NCBI GenBank assembly: GCA_040755995.1
Contig: JBFMAF010000049.1
Location: forward strand, 96,001 to 160,000
DNA: 64,000 bases
Direction: 5' to 3'
Source: Acidobacteriota bacterium
Lineage (GTDB): Bacteria > Acidobacteriota > CAIWXX01
Shown here: positions 54,459-63,614 of the stretch, piece by piece
Numbering within the stretch: position 1 is the stretch's first letter
Layout: each line of letters begins with the position of its first letter
Position numbers and translations under genes: made by a program
Notes under the pieces: model-generated
Seen by the model: only the letters and a program-made list of their open reading frames with translations
Database searches by the model: none
Told to the model about the DNA's origin: nothing

Positions 54459-55781
54459 ATGGCAAGAAGCATTGCGGAGCGTTTCAAGGCGATGTGGCGG
54501 CAATCCACGTGGACGTGGCAGCCGCGGAGCGAGCGCGAGGCGGGAGACGCCGTCGTCCGAAATCTTCTCCTTCATTGGTTCCCGTCCAAGGTCCATCGCA
54601 TGTCGATCGCGTGGAGCACCTCGATGTACCTGGGCGTCATCTCGGCCTACCTCTTCCTTATCCTCATTCTGACCGGGCTGGGTCTCATGTTTCTGTACGT
54701 CCCCTCGGTCGAACGGGCCTACGCGTCGGTCAAGGACATCGAATTCGCGGTCTCGTTCGGGACAGTCCTGAGGGGACAGCACCGCATGGCGGCGCATCTC
54801 ATGGTGGCCGTCGTGTTCGTTCACATGGCGCGGGTCTTCTTCACAGGAGCGTACCGGTCGGCCACGGCGGCCAACGGCAATCGGGAGCTCAACTGGATCG
54901 TCGGCGTGTTCATGCTGCTGACCACACTGTTTCTTTCCTTCACCGGCTACCTGCTTCCATGGGACCAGCTGGCGTACTGGGCGATCACCGTCGGCACCAA
55001 CATCGCGCGGGCCGCGCCGCTGCTGGGCGAGCAGATGCGCTACCTGCTGCTCGGCGGAAACACAATCGACCAGAACGCGCTGCTTCGTTTCTACGTCCTG
55101 CACTGCATCTTTCTGCCGGCCGCACTCCTGCTGATGTTCTCGTACCACATGTGGCGGATCCGCAAGGACGGCGGCATGGCCGTCGTGGACCGCCTGGCCG
55201 TGCTCGAGCAGGCGGCGCCTGTGAAGACCAAGTCCTACACGCTGATGGGCATAGCGAAGGGGACGACCGTGCAGGTGGAGACCTCGGTCGTCGACGAGGA
55301 GAAAGACTGCCTGAGCTCCTCGCCGCACCTGTTGAGGAGGCTCGTGGCGGTGTTCGCCGCGACGCTGGCCGTGGTCACGGCCCTGGCGATCTTCGTTCCG
55401 GCGCCGCTCGAGACGCCCGCCGATCCCGGGTTGACGCCGAACCCGGCCAAGGCGCCGTGGTATTTCCTGTGGCTCCAGGAACTGGTCGCCGACACGACGT
55501 TCAAGGTGGGCGGCTTCACCGTCGACGGCGCGCTCGTCGGCGGAATCGTCCTCCCGGGGCTGCTGGTCGCGTTGTTGCTCGTCTGGCCGTACCTCGACCG
55601 CTCGCCCAAGGAGGCAGTGGGCTGTTGGTTCCATTCGACACGTAGTGTGCAGAACATCGTCTTCGCCGTCTCGGTCATCCTGCTTCTTGTCTTCCTGATC
55701 ATCGGCACGTTCATGCGCGGCCCATACTGGAACTTCTACTGGCCCTGGGAGAGCTGGCCCGGGATCCCGGCGAAGATATAG
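54459..55781 (+). CDS. Cytochrome b (b6-like plus fused subunit IV)
   Basis: HRMAAH...HMARVF, GYLLPWDQ, RFYVLH...H, TPNPAKAPWYF. Confidence 0.95.
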   Translation: MARSIAERFKAMWRQSTWTWQPRSEREAGDAVVRNLLLHWFPSKVHRMSIAWSTSMYLGVISAYLFLILILTGLGLMFLYVPSVERAYASVKDIEFAVSFGTVLRGQHRMAAHLMVAVVFVHMARVFFTGAYRSATAANGNRELNWIVGVFMLLTTLFLSFTGYLLPWDQLAYWAITVGTNIARAAPLLGEQMRYLLLGGNTIDQNALLRFYVLHCIFLPAALLLMFSYHMWRIRKDGGMAVVDRLAVLEQAAPVKTKSYTLMGIAKGTTVQVETSVVDEEKDCLSSSPHLLRRLVAVFAATLAVVTALAIFVPAPLETPADPGLTPNPAKAPWYFLWLQELVADTTFKVGGFTVDGALVGGIVLPGLLVALLLVWPYLDRSPKEAVGCWFHSTRSVQNIVFAVSVILLLVFLIIGTFMRGPYWNFYWPWESWPGIPAKI

Positions 55782-55796
55782 GCAGCGAGGACAGGC

Positions 55797-57020
55797 ATGT
55801 TGGACAAGACAGAACTCGAGAAGCTGCGCAGGCGAGATCAGCTGCTGGTGCTCGCAACGGCGCTGGTGTTGTTGGCGCTGACCGTGTTGCCGTATGGGGA
55901 GATCGCAACGGAAGAGTGGCGCCTGGATCAGTCGGATTTCCGCGACGTGGTGCTGGAGAAGTTCGGCCCGGAGCGCGCGGAGGAGGTGCCGAGCGGGATC
56001 CAGCAGATCTGGGTCAAGGAGCTGGGGCGCACAGACCGCTGCGTGACATGCCACTTGGGAGTGGAGTGGAAAGGGCTCGAGACTGCCGACGAACCCTTCC
56101 GCACGCATTCGCAGCGCGTGCTGGCGAAGCACCCGGTGGCCAGGTATGGGTGCACGGTCTGCCACGGAGGGCAGGGATGGGCTACCGGCGCGGACGAGGC
56201 GCACGGCTACACTGAATTCTGGGAAGAACAGTTGTTGTCTGCCTCGACGGCGGAAATGCATCTGATCAAGCAGAAGAGCGCGCTCATCGAGATGCGCTGC
56301 AACATCTGCCACCGCTACGACCGGCAGACCGAAGGGATGCCGTACGTCAACAAGGCCAGGGCGCTGGTCGTCGAAAAGGGCTGCCGCGCGTGCCATCTGA
56401 TCAACGGGCGGGGAGGCGTGCTGGGGCCCGACCTCGCGCACGAAGGCGACAAGCCGGCCGAGCAGTTCGACTATTCACGCCTCGGCGGCACTCCGTCGGT
56501 GTTCGAGTGGCACGTGGCGCACTTCAAGCAGCCGAAGTCCATGTCACCGGACACGATCATGCCCGATTTCCACTTCGGCAGCGAGGAGGCCCAGGCCCTG
56601 ACCATACTGGTCATGAGCTGGCAGCGGACGGATATCCCACTCTCGTTCATGCCCGGCGCGGTGAAGCGAGACGAGCCCACTGCGGAGGAGATCGAGACCG
56701 AGAGGGCGATGACAAGCGGGCCCGGGGCCTGGTTCGTGAAGAACAAGTGCTTTGTCTGCCACGCCGTCACCGTGTTCGGCATTCCGCAGACCACGGGTAT
56801 CGGTCCTGATCTCTCCAACGCCTGGGAGGACGCGCAGAAGCGATTCGGGCGGACGCTCGAAGATTTCCTCATGAAACCATCCGGCACGATGGACGTCGTC
56901 CTTTCGAGGCAGATCATCCTGACCGAGGCACAGAAGAAAGAGGCCATCGCTCTACTCAAGCAGGCATACGATCAGTACCTTCTCAACAAGGCGACGCAGG
57001 AAGGCACTGTCAGCAAGTAG
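55797..57020 (+). CDS. Membrane-anchored pentaheme cytochrome c
   Basis: CVTCH, CTVCH, CNICH, CRACH, CFVCH. Confidence 0.93.
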   Translation: MLDKTELEKLRRRDQLLVLATALVLLALTVLPYGEIATEEWRLDQSDFRDVVLEKFGPERAEEVPSGIQQIWVKELGRTDRCVTCHLGVEWKGLETADEPFRTHSQRVLAKHPVARYGCTVCHGGQGWATGADEAHGYTEFWEEQLLSASTAEMHLIKQKSALIEMRCNICHRYDRQTEGMPYVNKARALVVEKGCRACHLINGRGGVLGPDLAHEGDKPAEQFDYSRLGGTPSVFEWHVAHFKQPKSMSPDTIMPDFHFGSEEAQALTILVMSWQRTDIPLSFMPGAVKRDEPTAEEIETERAMTSGPGAWFVKNKCFVCHAVTVFGIPQTTGIGPDLSNAWEDAQKRFGRTLEDFLMKPSGTMDVVLSRQIILTEAQKKEAIALLKQAYDQYLLNKATQEGTVSK

Positions 57021-57055
57021 CAAACGAAAGAAAACATCATCAGCAAGGAGGTACG

Positions 57056-58909
57056 ATGATCAGAAGACGCACAGGTCTCCTCTGGGGGGCCGTGATTCTC
57101 GGGCTGGCCGCTCTCGTGAGCATTTCGTCATGCGGGAGACCGGAGAGGCGCAAGCCGGCCGCCGCGCGATCCGACGTGGAAGAGGCGGCCCTGAAGACCT
57201 ACGTTCCACCCGGAGACCTCGACGAGTACTACATCTTCTACTCCGGCGGGCACTCGGGCAACGTATACATCGGAGGCCTCCCGTCGATGCGCCACATCTC
57301 GACCATTCCGGTCTTCGCGCCGTATCCGGCGACCGGCTACGGCTTCGACGAGGAGTCCAAGGCGATGCTCGGAAGCTTCACCTGGGGAGATGCGCACCAC
57401 CCGGCCTTGAGCGAGACCAACGGCGACTACGACGGCCGCTGGCTCTTCATCAACGACAACGCCAACAACCGCATCGCGCGGATCGACCTGCGCGACTTCA
57501 AGACCAGGCAGATTTTCGGGCCCATCCCCAACGTGTCCGGTAATCACGGGTCCTCCTTTGTGACGCCGAACACCGAGTACGCGCTCTACGCATCGCGATT
57601 CTCCGTGCCGATACCGAAAGGCACCTACGCGTCGATCAACGACTACGGGACGAAATTCAGCGGTGTGGTCGGCGCTCTGGCCATCGATCCGCAGACCGGT
57701 GCCATGAGCAATGGATGGCAGATCAAAATGCCGCCCTTCGACTTCGACCTGGGCGATGCCGGCAAGGGCGCAAGCGATGGATACGCGTTCTGGACATGCT
57801 ACAACACCGAGCGAGCCACGGGGAAACTCGAGGTGACGGCCTCCCAGCGCGAGCGCGACTACATCGCGATGGTCGACTGGAAGGCCGCCGCCCAGGCGGT
57901 CAAGGACGGGAAGACGAAGGATATCGGCGGAGTCCCGGTGATCGATCCGGCCGAGACCAAGGGGCTCGTGTGGCTGCTGCCTTGCGGCAAGAGCCCGCAC
58001 GGCGTAGATGTGAGCCCCGACGGCAAGTACATCGTCGGAAGCGGCAAGCTGCAGGCGGCCGTGACGGTCTTCAATATCGACAAGATCAAGGTTGCGATCC
58101 AGAACAAGGACTTCGAGGGCGAGGAAGACGGCATCCCGGTGCTCAAGTTCGACGCGATCAAGGACGCCGAGGTAGCAGTCGGCCTGGGACCGCTTCACAC
58201 CCAGTTCGACGACAAGGGCTATGCCTACACCAGCCTCTTCCTCGACAGCGCCGTCAGCAAGTGGAAGCTAGGCACGTGGGAGCCACTCGACAAGGTCAAC
58301 GTCCAGATCAATATCGGTCACCTGCTGGTTGTCGAAGGCGATACGGCCCACCCCGTGGGCAAGTTCTGTATCGCGATGAACAAGCTCTCCCACGGGCAGC
58401 ACCTGAATGTGGGCCCGTCGCAGCCCGAGACCTCGCAGCTCATCGACATCGAAGGCGACAAGATGCGACTGATCTACACCGCGTTCACCGAGCCCGAGCC
58501 CCACTACGCGCAGGCCATCACCGCGACAAGGCTCAAGCCGATCGAGGTCTATCTGAAAGAAGAGTCCAAGAATCCAAACGCGATCTGGGACACCAAGGAC
58601 GCGTCGGTCACGAGGTCCGGGAACAACGTGACGGTGAAGATGGTGGCGGTGCGGAGCAGCTTCGAGCCCACGGCCATCGAGGTCAACCGCGGCGACACAG
58701 TCACGATCTACCTGACCAACATCGAGCAGACCACCGACGAGCTTCACGGGTTCGGTCTCTGCGAGTACAACATCAACGTGGTCATAGATCCCGGCGAGAC
58801 GAAGACCATCAAGTTCGTGGCGAACAAGCCCGGCGTCTACCCGTACTACTGCACCAACTTCTGTTCGGCGTTGCACCAGGAGATGCAGGGGTACTTGCTC
58901 GTCAAGTAG
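57056..58909 (+). CDS. nosZ: Clade II (Sec-dependent) nitrous-oxide reductase, probable lipoprotein
   Basis: SGGHSG, DAHH, GNHG, PHG, GPLH, EPH; CuA CTNFCSALHQEM; ISSC lipobox, no Tat motif. Confidence 0.97.
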   Translation: MIRRRTGLLWGAVILGLAALVSISSCGRPERRKPAAARSDVEEAALKTYVPPGDLDEYYIFYSGGHSGNVYIGGLPSMRHISTIPVFAPYPATGYGFDEESKAMLGSFTWGDAHHPALSETNGDYDGRWLFINDNANNRIARIDLRDFKTRQIFGPIPNVSGNHGSSFVTPNTEYALYASRFSVPIPKGTYASINDYGTKFSGVVGALAIDPQTGAMSNGWQIKMPPFDFDLGDAGKGASDGYAFWTCYNTERATGKLEVTASQRERDYIAMVDWKAAAQAVKDGKTKDIGGVPVIDPAETKGLVWLLPCGKSPHGVDVSPDGKYIVGSGKLQAAVTVFNIDKIKVAIQNKDFEGEEDGIPVLKFDAIKDAEVAVGLGPLHTQFDDKGYAYTSLFLDSAVSKWKLGTWEPLDKVNVQINIGHLLVVEGDTAHPVGKFCIAMNKLSHGQHLNVGPSQPETSQLIDIEGDKMRLIYTAFTEPEPHYAQAITATRLKPIEVYLKEESKNPNAIWDTKDASVTRSGNNVTVKMVAVRSSFEPTAIEVNRGDTVTIYLTNIEQTTDELHGFGLCEYNINVVIDPGETKTIKFVANKPGVYPYYCTNFCSALHQEMQGYLLVK

Positions 58910-58984
58910 AGCCGTCCCTGACGGCGCTCGCGCCCGGAGAGACCCGGGCGCGGGTGCCGGACGGGCACGGCGAAGGAGGACCAG

Positions 58985-59629
58985 ATGCGGCGATTGTTGA
59001 ACCGGGCGAATGCCTTCTTTGACTCGCCGATCGACCTGAGAAGCAGGCTCGTCGTTCTTCTCTCGACGTCGGCGCTGCTCCTGCCTACGTTTCTCTTCCC
59101 GCTGTGGCAGCTGGAGATGTATGCGAACCAATATCCGGACGGACTGCGGTTGTCCATTTACTCATACAAGCTTGCAGCCGGCAATAATGGCAACGACCTG
59201 CGCGAGATCAATACACTCAATCACTACATCGGGATGAGGGCTCTGGAGCCCCAGGACTTTTTCGAGCTCAAGTGGCTGCCCTTTGCGGTAGGGCTGTTTT
59301 TCTTCCTGGGACTGCGCGTCGTGGTGCTCGGCAAGGTTTCCAAGCTGGTGGACCTGTGCGTGCTGTTCGTCTATTTCGGGCTGTTCTCGCTCTGGAGCTT
59401 CGGCTACCGGATGTACGCCTACGGGCACACGCTGGACCCGATGGCGGCGGTCAAGATCCAGCCGTTCACGCCCCCGCTCTTCGGCCACGAGACGCTCGCG
59501 AACTTCGAGGTCTACAGCTTCCCGGGCGTGGCCGCCTACCTGCTCCTCGCTTACCCATTCTGCCTCGGGTTGGCGCTCTTCCTCTCATACCGGACCTTCC
59601 GTTCGGCCGAACGGACAGTCACAATTTGA
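58985..59629 (+). CDS. nosB: NosB-type membrane protein of clade II nos clusters
   Basis: PLW...QYPDGL, INTLNHYIGM, YGHTLDP, PPLFG...NF. Confidence 0.88.
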   Translation: MRRLLNRANAFFDSPIDLRSRLVVLLSTSALLLPTFLFPLWQLEMYANQYPDGLRLSIYSYKLAAGNNGNDLREINTLNHYIGMRALEPQDFFELKWLPFAVGLFFFLGLRVVVLGKVSKLVDLCVLFVYFGLFSLWSFGYRMYAYGHTLDPMAAVKIQPFTPPLFGHETLANFEVYSFPGVAAYLLLAYPFCLGLALFLSYRTFRSAERTVTI

Positions 59630-59703
59630 GGAAGGGGCAACCGAGCAGGCGGAATGTGAGCGCGGTCGAAGCGTCCCGCGGTTGTCGGCGTGGAAGGGTC
59701 GAC

Positions 59704-61074
59704 ATGAGAAGTGGAGAGGTGGTAGCCGGGATCGTGCTGCTTTACTACATATGTAGTAGTCCTGCGCAGCCGGGCGAGATCCGAGTACCGCAGCAGGCGC
59801 CGACGATTCGGCAGGCCCTGGCCATCGCGCAGCCCGGCGACTGCATCCGCGTCCACGGCGGTACTTACGCCGGCAATCTGATCCTGAGCAAGCCGGTCAT
59901 GCTGCATGGCGAGCACCAGCCGGTCATACGCGGCGATGGCGCGGGCTCGGTCGTCACGGTGGATGCGGATGGGTGCACCCTGCGCGGCTTCCTGATCGAA
60001 CGCTCGGGGACGGGGATGGCCCTGAGCGACGCAGGCATCTGCCTCCGGTCCTCGGGCAACACGATTCAGGGCAACCGCATCGAGAACTGCCTCTTCGGGA
60101 TGTATCTCGACCGGGCCGGCTCCAACCGCATCCAGGACAACGATATCCAGGGGATGCGTGAGAGGGAGATCGGCGAGCGAGGCAGCGGGATACACCTCTA
60201 CGACAGCCATAACAACTCGATCGAGGGCAACACAGTGGCCGACGCGCGCGACGGGATCTACTTCGATCACGCCAACTGGAACTGCGTCCGCTGGTGTTCC
60301 TTCACCGCCTCGCGCTACGGCGTCCATTACATGTCATCCGACGACAATACCTTCACAGGAAACCGATTCGCCGGGTGCATGGCCGGAGCCACCATCATGT
60401 TCTCACGGCGGCTGCTCTTCGACGGCAACTGGTTCGTTCAGAACCGCGGTTTCTCTTCGGTTGGGGCGCTGCTCAAGGATTGTTACGACACCACCGCAGT
60501 CAACAATCTCTTCGCAGACAACAGCACCGGCATGCTGCTCGACAACTCCATGAACAACTCCTTCCGCCGCAACGAGATCCTCCGCAACGACGTCGCGCTC
60601 TACCTCTTCAGTGGATCCGACGCCAACGTCTTCGCCGAAAACAATTTCCGAGAAAACCTGAGCCCGATCAGGCTCCTCGGCAAACGGTCCACGACGCGCT
60701 GGTCGGCAGACGGGCGCGGGAACTACTGGAGCGACTACGAGGGGTATGACATGGACGGCGACGGCATCGGAGACGTGCCGCACAAGATTCAGAACGTCTT
60801 CGAATTTCTGGAAAGCGAGCATCCGCCACTGCGGTTCTTCCTGGTCTCCCCGGTGGCCGCCGCGATGAAAGCCGGCGAAGACGCGTTTCCGATGTTCGAG
60901 TTCAGTCGCGAAGTCGACACGGCACCGCTCATGCACCCCGTCGACATCTCCTACGGATCGCGATGGCGGATAGCCGCGGACACGACGCTGCGGCTGCCCG
61001 TGACCGCGGGCCTTGCCGGAATGAGCGTGTGCCTCGCCTTCGCGGCCGGCAGCCGCCGGATTCGACGGCGTTGA
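59704..61074 (+). CDS. nosD: Nitrous oxide reductase maturation protein NosD
   Basis: Beta-helix repeats, RYGVHYM, GNYWSDYEGYD.DGDGIGD. Confidence 0.93.
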   Translation: MRSGEVVAGIVLLYYICSSPAQPGEIRVPQQAPTIRQALAIAQPGDCIRVHGGTYAGNLILSKPVMLHGEHQPVIRGDGAGSVVTVDADGCTLRGFLIERSGTGMALSDAGICLRSSGNTIQGNRIENCLFGMYLDRAGSNRIQDNDIQGMREREIGERGSGIHLYDSHNNSIEGNTVADARDGIYFDHANWNCVRWCSFTASRYGVHYMSSDDNTFTGNRFAGCMAGATIMFSRRLLFDGNWFVQNRGFSSVGALLKDCYDTTAVNNLFADNSTGMLLDNSMNNSFRRNEILRNDVALYLFSGSDANVFAENNFRENLSPIRLLGKRSTTRWSADGRGNYWSDYEGYDMDGDGIGDVPHKIQNVFEFLESEHPPLRFFLVSPVAAAMKAGEDAFPMFEFSREVDTAPLMHPVDISYGSRWRIAADTTLRLPVTAGLAGMSVCLAFAAGSRRIRRR

Positions 61075-61099
61075 TCCCACGATCGGGAGCCGCAGGAGC

Positions 61100-62008
61100 A
61101 TGATCAAGATCGAGCGTTTCTCTAAGGCGTATGGCGACGTCCGCGCAGTCGACGGCCTGACGCTCGCGGTCGAGAAGGGGAGGATCACCGCGCTCCTCGG
61201 CCCCAACGGAAGCGGGAAGTCGACAACGCTCAAGGCAGCCGTGGGACTGGTCAAGCCGTCCTCGGGCCGCATAGTCGTCGACGGGTTCGATGTCGTGACC
61301 GAACGCCAGGCGGCTCTGTCGCGCATCAGCTTCCTGCCGCAGCGCATTCGCTTCCCCGAGTCGCTGAGCGGGCGGGAGGTTCTGCGATTCTACGCGCGCC
61401 TGCGCGGGCTGCCCGGGGACTCCGCGGCGGCAGCCGCCGCTACGACAGGGCTCGACGGCGCCCTCGATCGTCCCGTCGGCGAGTACTCCGGCGGAATGCT
61501 CCAGCGCCTGGGACTGGCGGTTCTCTCGCTGCCGAACGCCCCCGTCCTCCTCCTCGACGAACCGACGGCGGGGCTGGACCCGGCCGGCAGCCGCGCCTTC
61601 CGTGACTGGCTGCAGACCCAGCGCGACGAGGGCAAGACGGTCCTCCTCACCACGCACCGGCTGGAGGACGCCGAGGACCTCGCCGACCAGGTGGCCATCT
61701 TGGTCCGCGGGAAACTCGTTGCAGACATGACACCGGCCGAGGTACGACGGCGCGAGGCCGTCGAGGTGTGGCTCAGGATCATCAACTGGAACGTGCGGTA
61801 CCAGCAGCTTGCGCAGGCGCTCGGCGCCGAGACGCTCTGCGCAGATCCCGGAGGAGACTACGTGTTCGCCGCGCCGGCCGCGCGGGCGGTCGAAATCATG
61901 AACGTGCTGCGTGACGAGGGGGCCGAGATTCTCAGATTCACATCGCGATCCTCCCTCGAGACCTTCTACCACCACATCACGAACGAGGAGCGGTATGAGA
62001 GCAGTTGA
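61100..62008 (+). CDS. nosF: ABC transporter ATP-binding protein NosF
   Basis: GPNGSGKST, YSGGMLQR, LDEPTAGLDP; context. Confidence 0.9.
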   Translation: MIKIERFSKAYGDVRAVDGLTLAVEKGRITALLGPNGSGKSTTLKAAVGLVKPSSGRIVVDGFDVVTERQAALSRISFLPQRIRFPESLSGREVLRFYARLRGLPGDSAAAAAATTGLDGALDRPVGEYSGGMLQRLGLAVLSLPNAPVLLLDEPTAGLDPAGSRAFRDWLQTQRDEGKTVLLTTHRLEDAEDLADQVAILVRGKLVADMTPAEVRRREAVEVWLRIINWNVRYQQLAQALGAETLCADPGGDYVFAAPAARAVEIMNVLRDEGAEILRFTSRSSLETFYHHITNEERYESS

Positions 62009-62498
62009 CAGTTGCCAGTTGTCGGTTGTCAGTTGTCAGTTGGCAGTTGTGAGCCGGCGCCTCGCCGGGGCAAGACGCCTGGTATTCGGCATCGTGCTCG
62101 CCGTATGTGCCTTCGCCGGGGCCTGCGGCGGGAGTGCGCCGCAACCGGATCCCATACGTCCCGCAGAGGACTCCTGTGCGTCGTGCCGGATGCAAATATC
62201 TCAGCCGAAATACGCAGCCGAGATACTGGCGCCGGACGGGCAGTACCTGAAGTTCGACGACATCGGCTGCTTCCGCTTCTACCTGCAGGCCAATTCGAAT
62301 CTACAGAACGCGCCGTGCTGGGTGATGGACTTCGAGAACGGACAATGGGTCGAGGCACGCAAGGCCTACTATGCGATCGACACCAAGGAAGTCACTCCGA
62401 TGGGCTCCAACATCCTAGCCTCCTCCACCTCCGACCGCGCCCGAGCGCAGGCCGCCCGCGTCGTCACGTACGAGGAGATGATGGCCGCGGGCAAGTGA
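61995..62498 (+). CDS. nosL: Copper chaperone lipoprotein NosL (alternative start GTG 62049)
   Basis: AGAC lipobox, CASCRM, KFDDIGC, TPMG. Confidence 0.9.
   Translation: MRAVDSCQLSVVSCQLAVVSRRLAGARRLVFGIVLAVCAFAGACGGSAPQPDPIRPAEDSCASCRMQISQPKYAAEILAPDGQYLKFDDIGCFRFYLQANSNLQNAPCWVMDFENGQWVEARKAYYAIDTKEVTPMGSNILASSTSDRARAQAARVVTYEEMMAAGK
62002..62050 (+). repeat. Seven tandem CAGTTGN heptamers
   Basis: Read directly from the sequence. Confidence 0.9.
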
Positions 62499-62670
62499 GA
62501 ATCGGAGAATCGGAGAATCGGAGAAACGGAGAAGCGGGGAATCGGGGAAACGGAGACACGGAGACGGGGAGAGACGGAGACGGGGAGACGTGGACGGGGA
62601 GATCGGGGAGAAGATGAGCACGGAGCATCGAGCAACCGAAACCGGGAACCGGGAACCGGGAACCGAGAAC
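62496..62670 (+). repeat. Tandem octamer (CGGAGAAT/CGGAGACG-like) array followed by CGGGAAC heptamers
   Basis: Read directly from the sequence. Confidence 0.9.
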
Positions 62671-62675
62671 CATTC

Positions 62676-63506
62676 ATGATGGCACGCGCTGTTTACGTGG
62701 TTGCGGCGCAGGAGTTCGTCGTGCTGCTCCGCACGCGATGGGTCGGTGGGTTCAGTGTGCTGTTTCTCGTTCTGGTGAGCGGCTTCGCCTGGTTCGGCAC
62801 GGCCAACCTAGGCATTGCCGGCATCCAGGACTTCTCGCGCACGACCGTGAGCCTGGTCAATCTCGTTTGCGCTCTGGCGCCGCTGATGGCGCTCCTGATG
62901 GGTGTCTATGGGTTCACGATCGAGCCGGGGTCCGAGGAGCTGTTGTTCAGCCAGCCGGTCAGTCGAGTAGCCATCCTTGTGGGGAAAGCCTTGGGCCTGT
63001 GCGCAACCCTGTGCCTGTCGACGCTGATCGGCTTCTGCGCAGCCGGGGCCGTCGTTTCATATCGAGTGGGGACGGCTGGGTTGGGACGGTACCTGCTGTT
63101 CATCGGATTGACGCTGCTGCTCCAGGCGGCCTTCGTCTCAGTGGCCCTCCTGATATCGAGCTTCTTCCAGCACCGGCTGCGCGCAATCGCCGCCGGGCTC
63201 GGGACTTGGTTCTTCTTTGTCTTCCTCTACGATCTGCTGGTCATCGGCTCGACTCTGGGGCTGAAGGGGCGCCTATTCCAGCAGGCGCTGTTCATTTCCG
63301 TCTTCTTCAATCCCGTCGACCTTGTTCGCGTGAGTCAACTGGTGGCGCTCAACGGGGCGTCCTTCTTCGGGCCCGCAGGCGCCGCCTGGGTCCGCTTCTG
63401 CGGCGGCGATCTGAGCCTGGTGCTTCTGATCGGCGGAGCCGTTCTGCTCTGGACCATCCTCCCGGCCTGGGCCGGCCTGATCGCATATGACCGGCGCGAC
63501 ATGTGA
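62676..63506 (+). CDS. nosY: ABC transporter permease NosY
   Basis: ELLFSQPVSR, LYDLL, NPVDLVR; context. Confidence 0.9.
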   Translation: MMARAVYVVAAQEFVVLLRTRWVGGFSVLFLVLVSGFAWFGTANLGIAGIQDFSRTTVSLVNLVCALAPLMALLMGVYGFTIEPGSEELLFSQPVSRVAILVGKALGLCATLCLSTLIGFCAAGAVVSYRVGTAGLGRYLLFIGLTLLLQAAFVSVALLISSFFQHRLRAIAAGLGTWFFFVFLYDLLVIGSTLGLKGRLFQQALFISVFFNPVDLVRVSQLVALNGASFFGPAGAAWVRFCGGDLSLVLLIGGAVLLWTILPAWAGLIAYDRRDM

Positions 63507-63563
63507 CCCAGGTCACATCTGCCCGCGAAGTCGGTTGACTCGCTTTGGGTTTTTTCCTACACT
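63502..63563 (+). promoter_or_regulatory. CRP/FNR-family box plus sigma70 promoter of purC
   Basis: TGTGA-N6-TCACA at 63502-63517; TTGACT-17-TACACT at 63535-63563. Confidence 0.6.
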
Positions 63564-63614
63564 GTCGCAGGAGAGTTGGGACCATCCCGCGACGCGGGGT
63601 GGTTATTTGCTTTT

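Noticed and set aside
59272..59703. N-terminal extension of NosD in the ORF track
   Set aside because: Overlaps nosB; signal peptide and homology begin at ATG 59704
62496..62670. CRISPR array
   Set aside because: Short tandem units without unique spacers; no cas genes in the window
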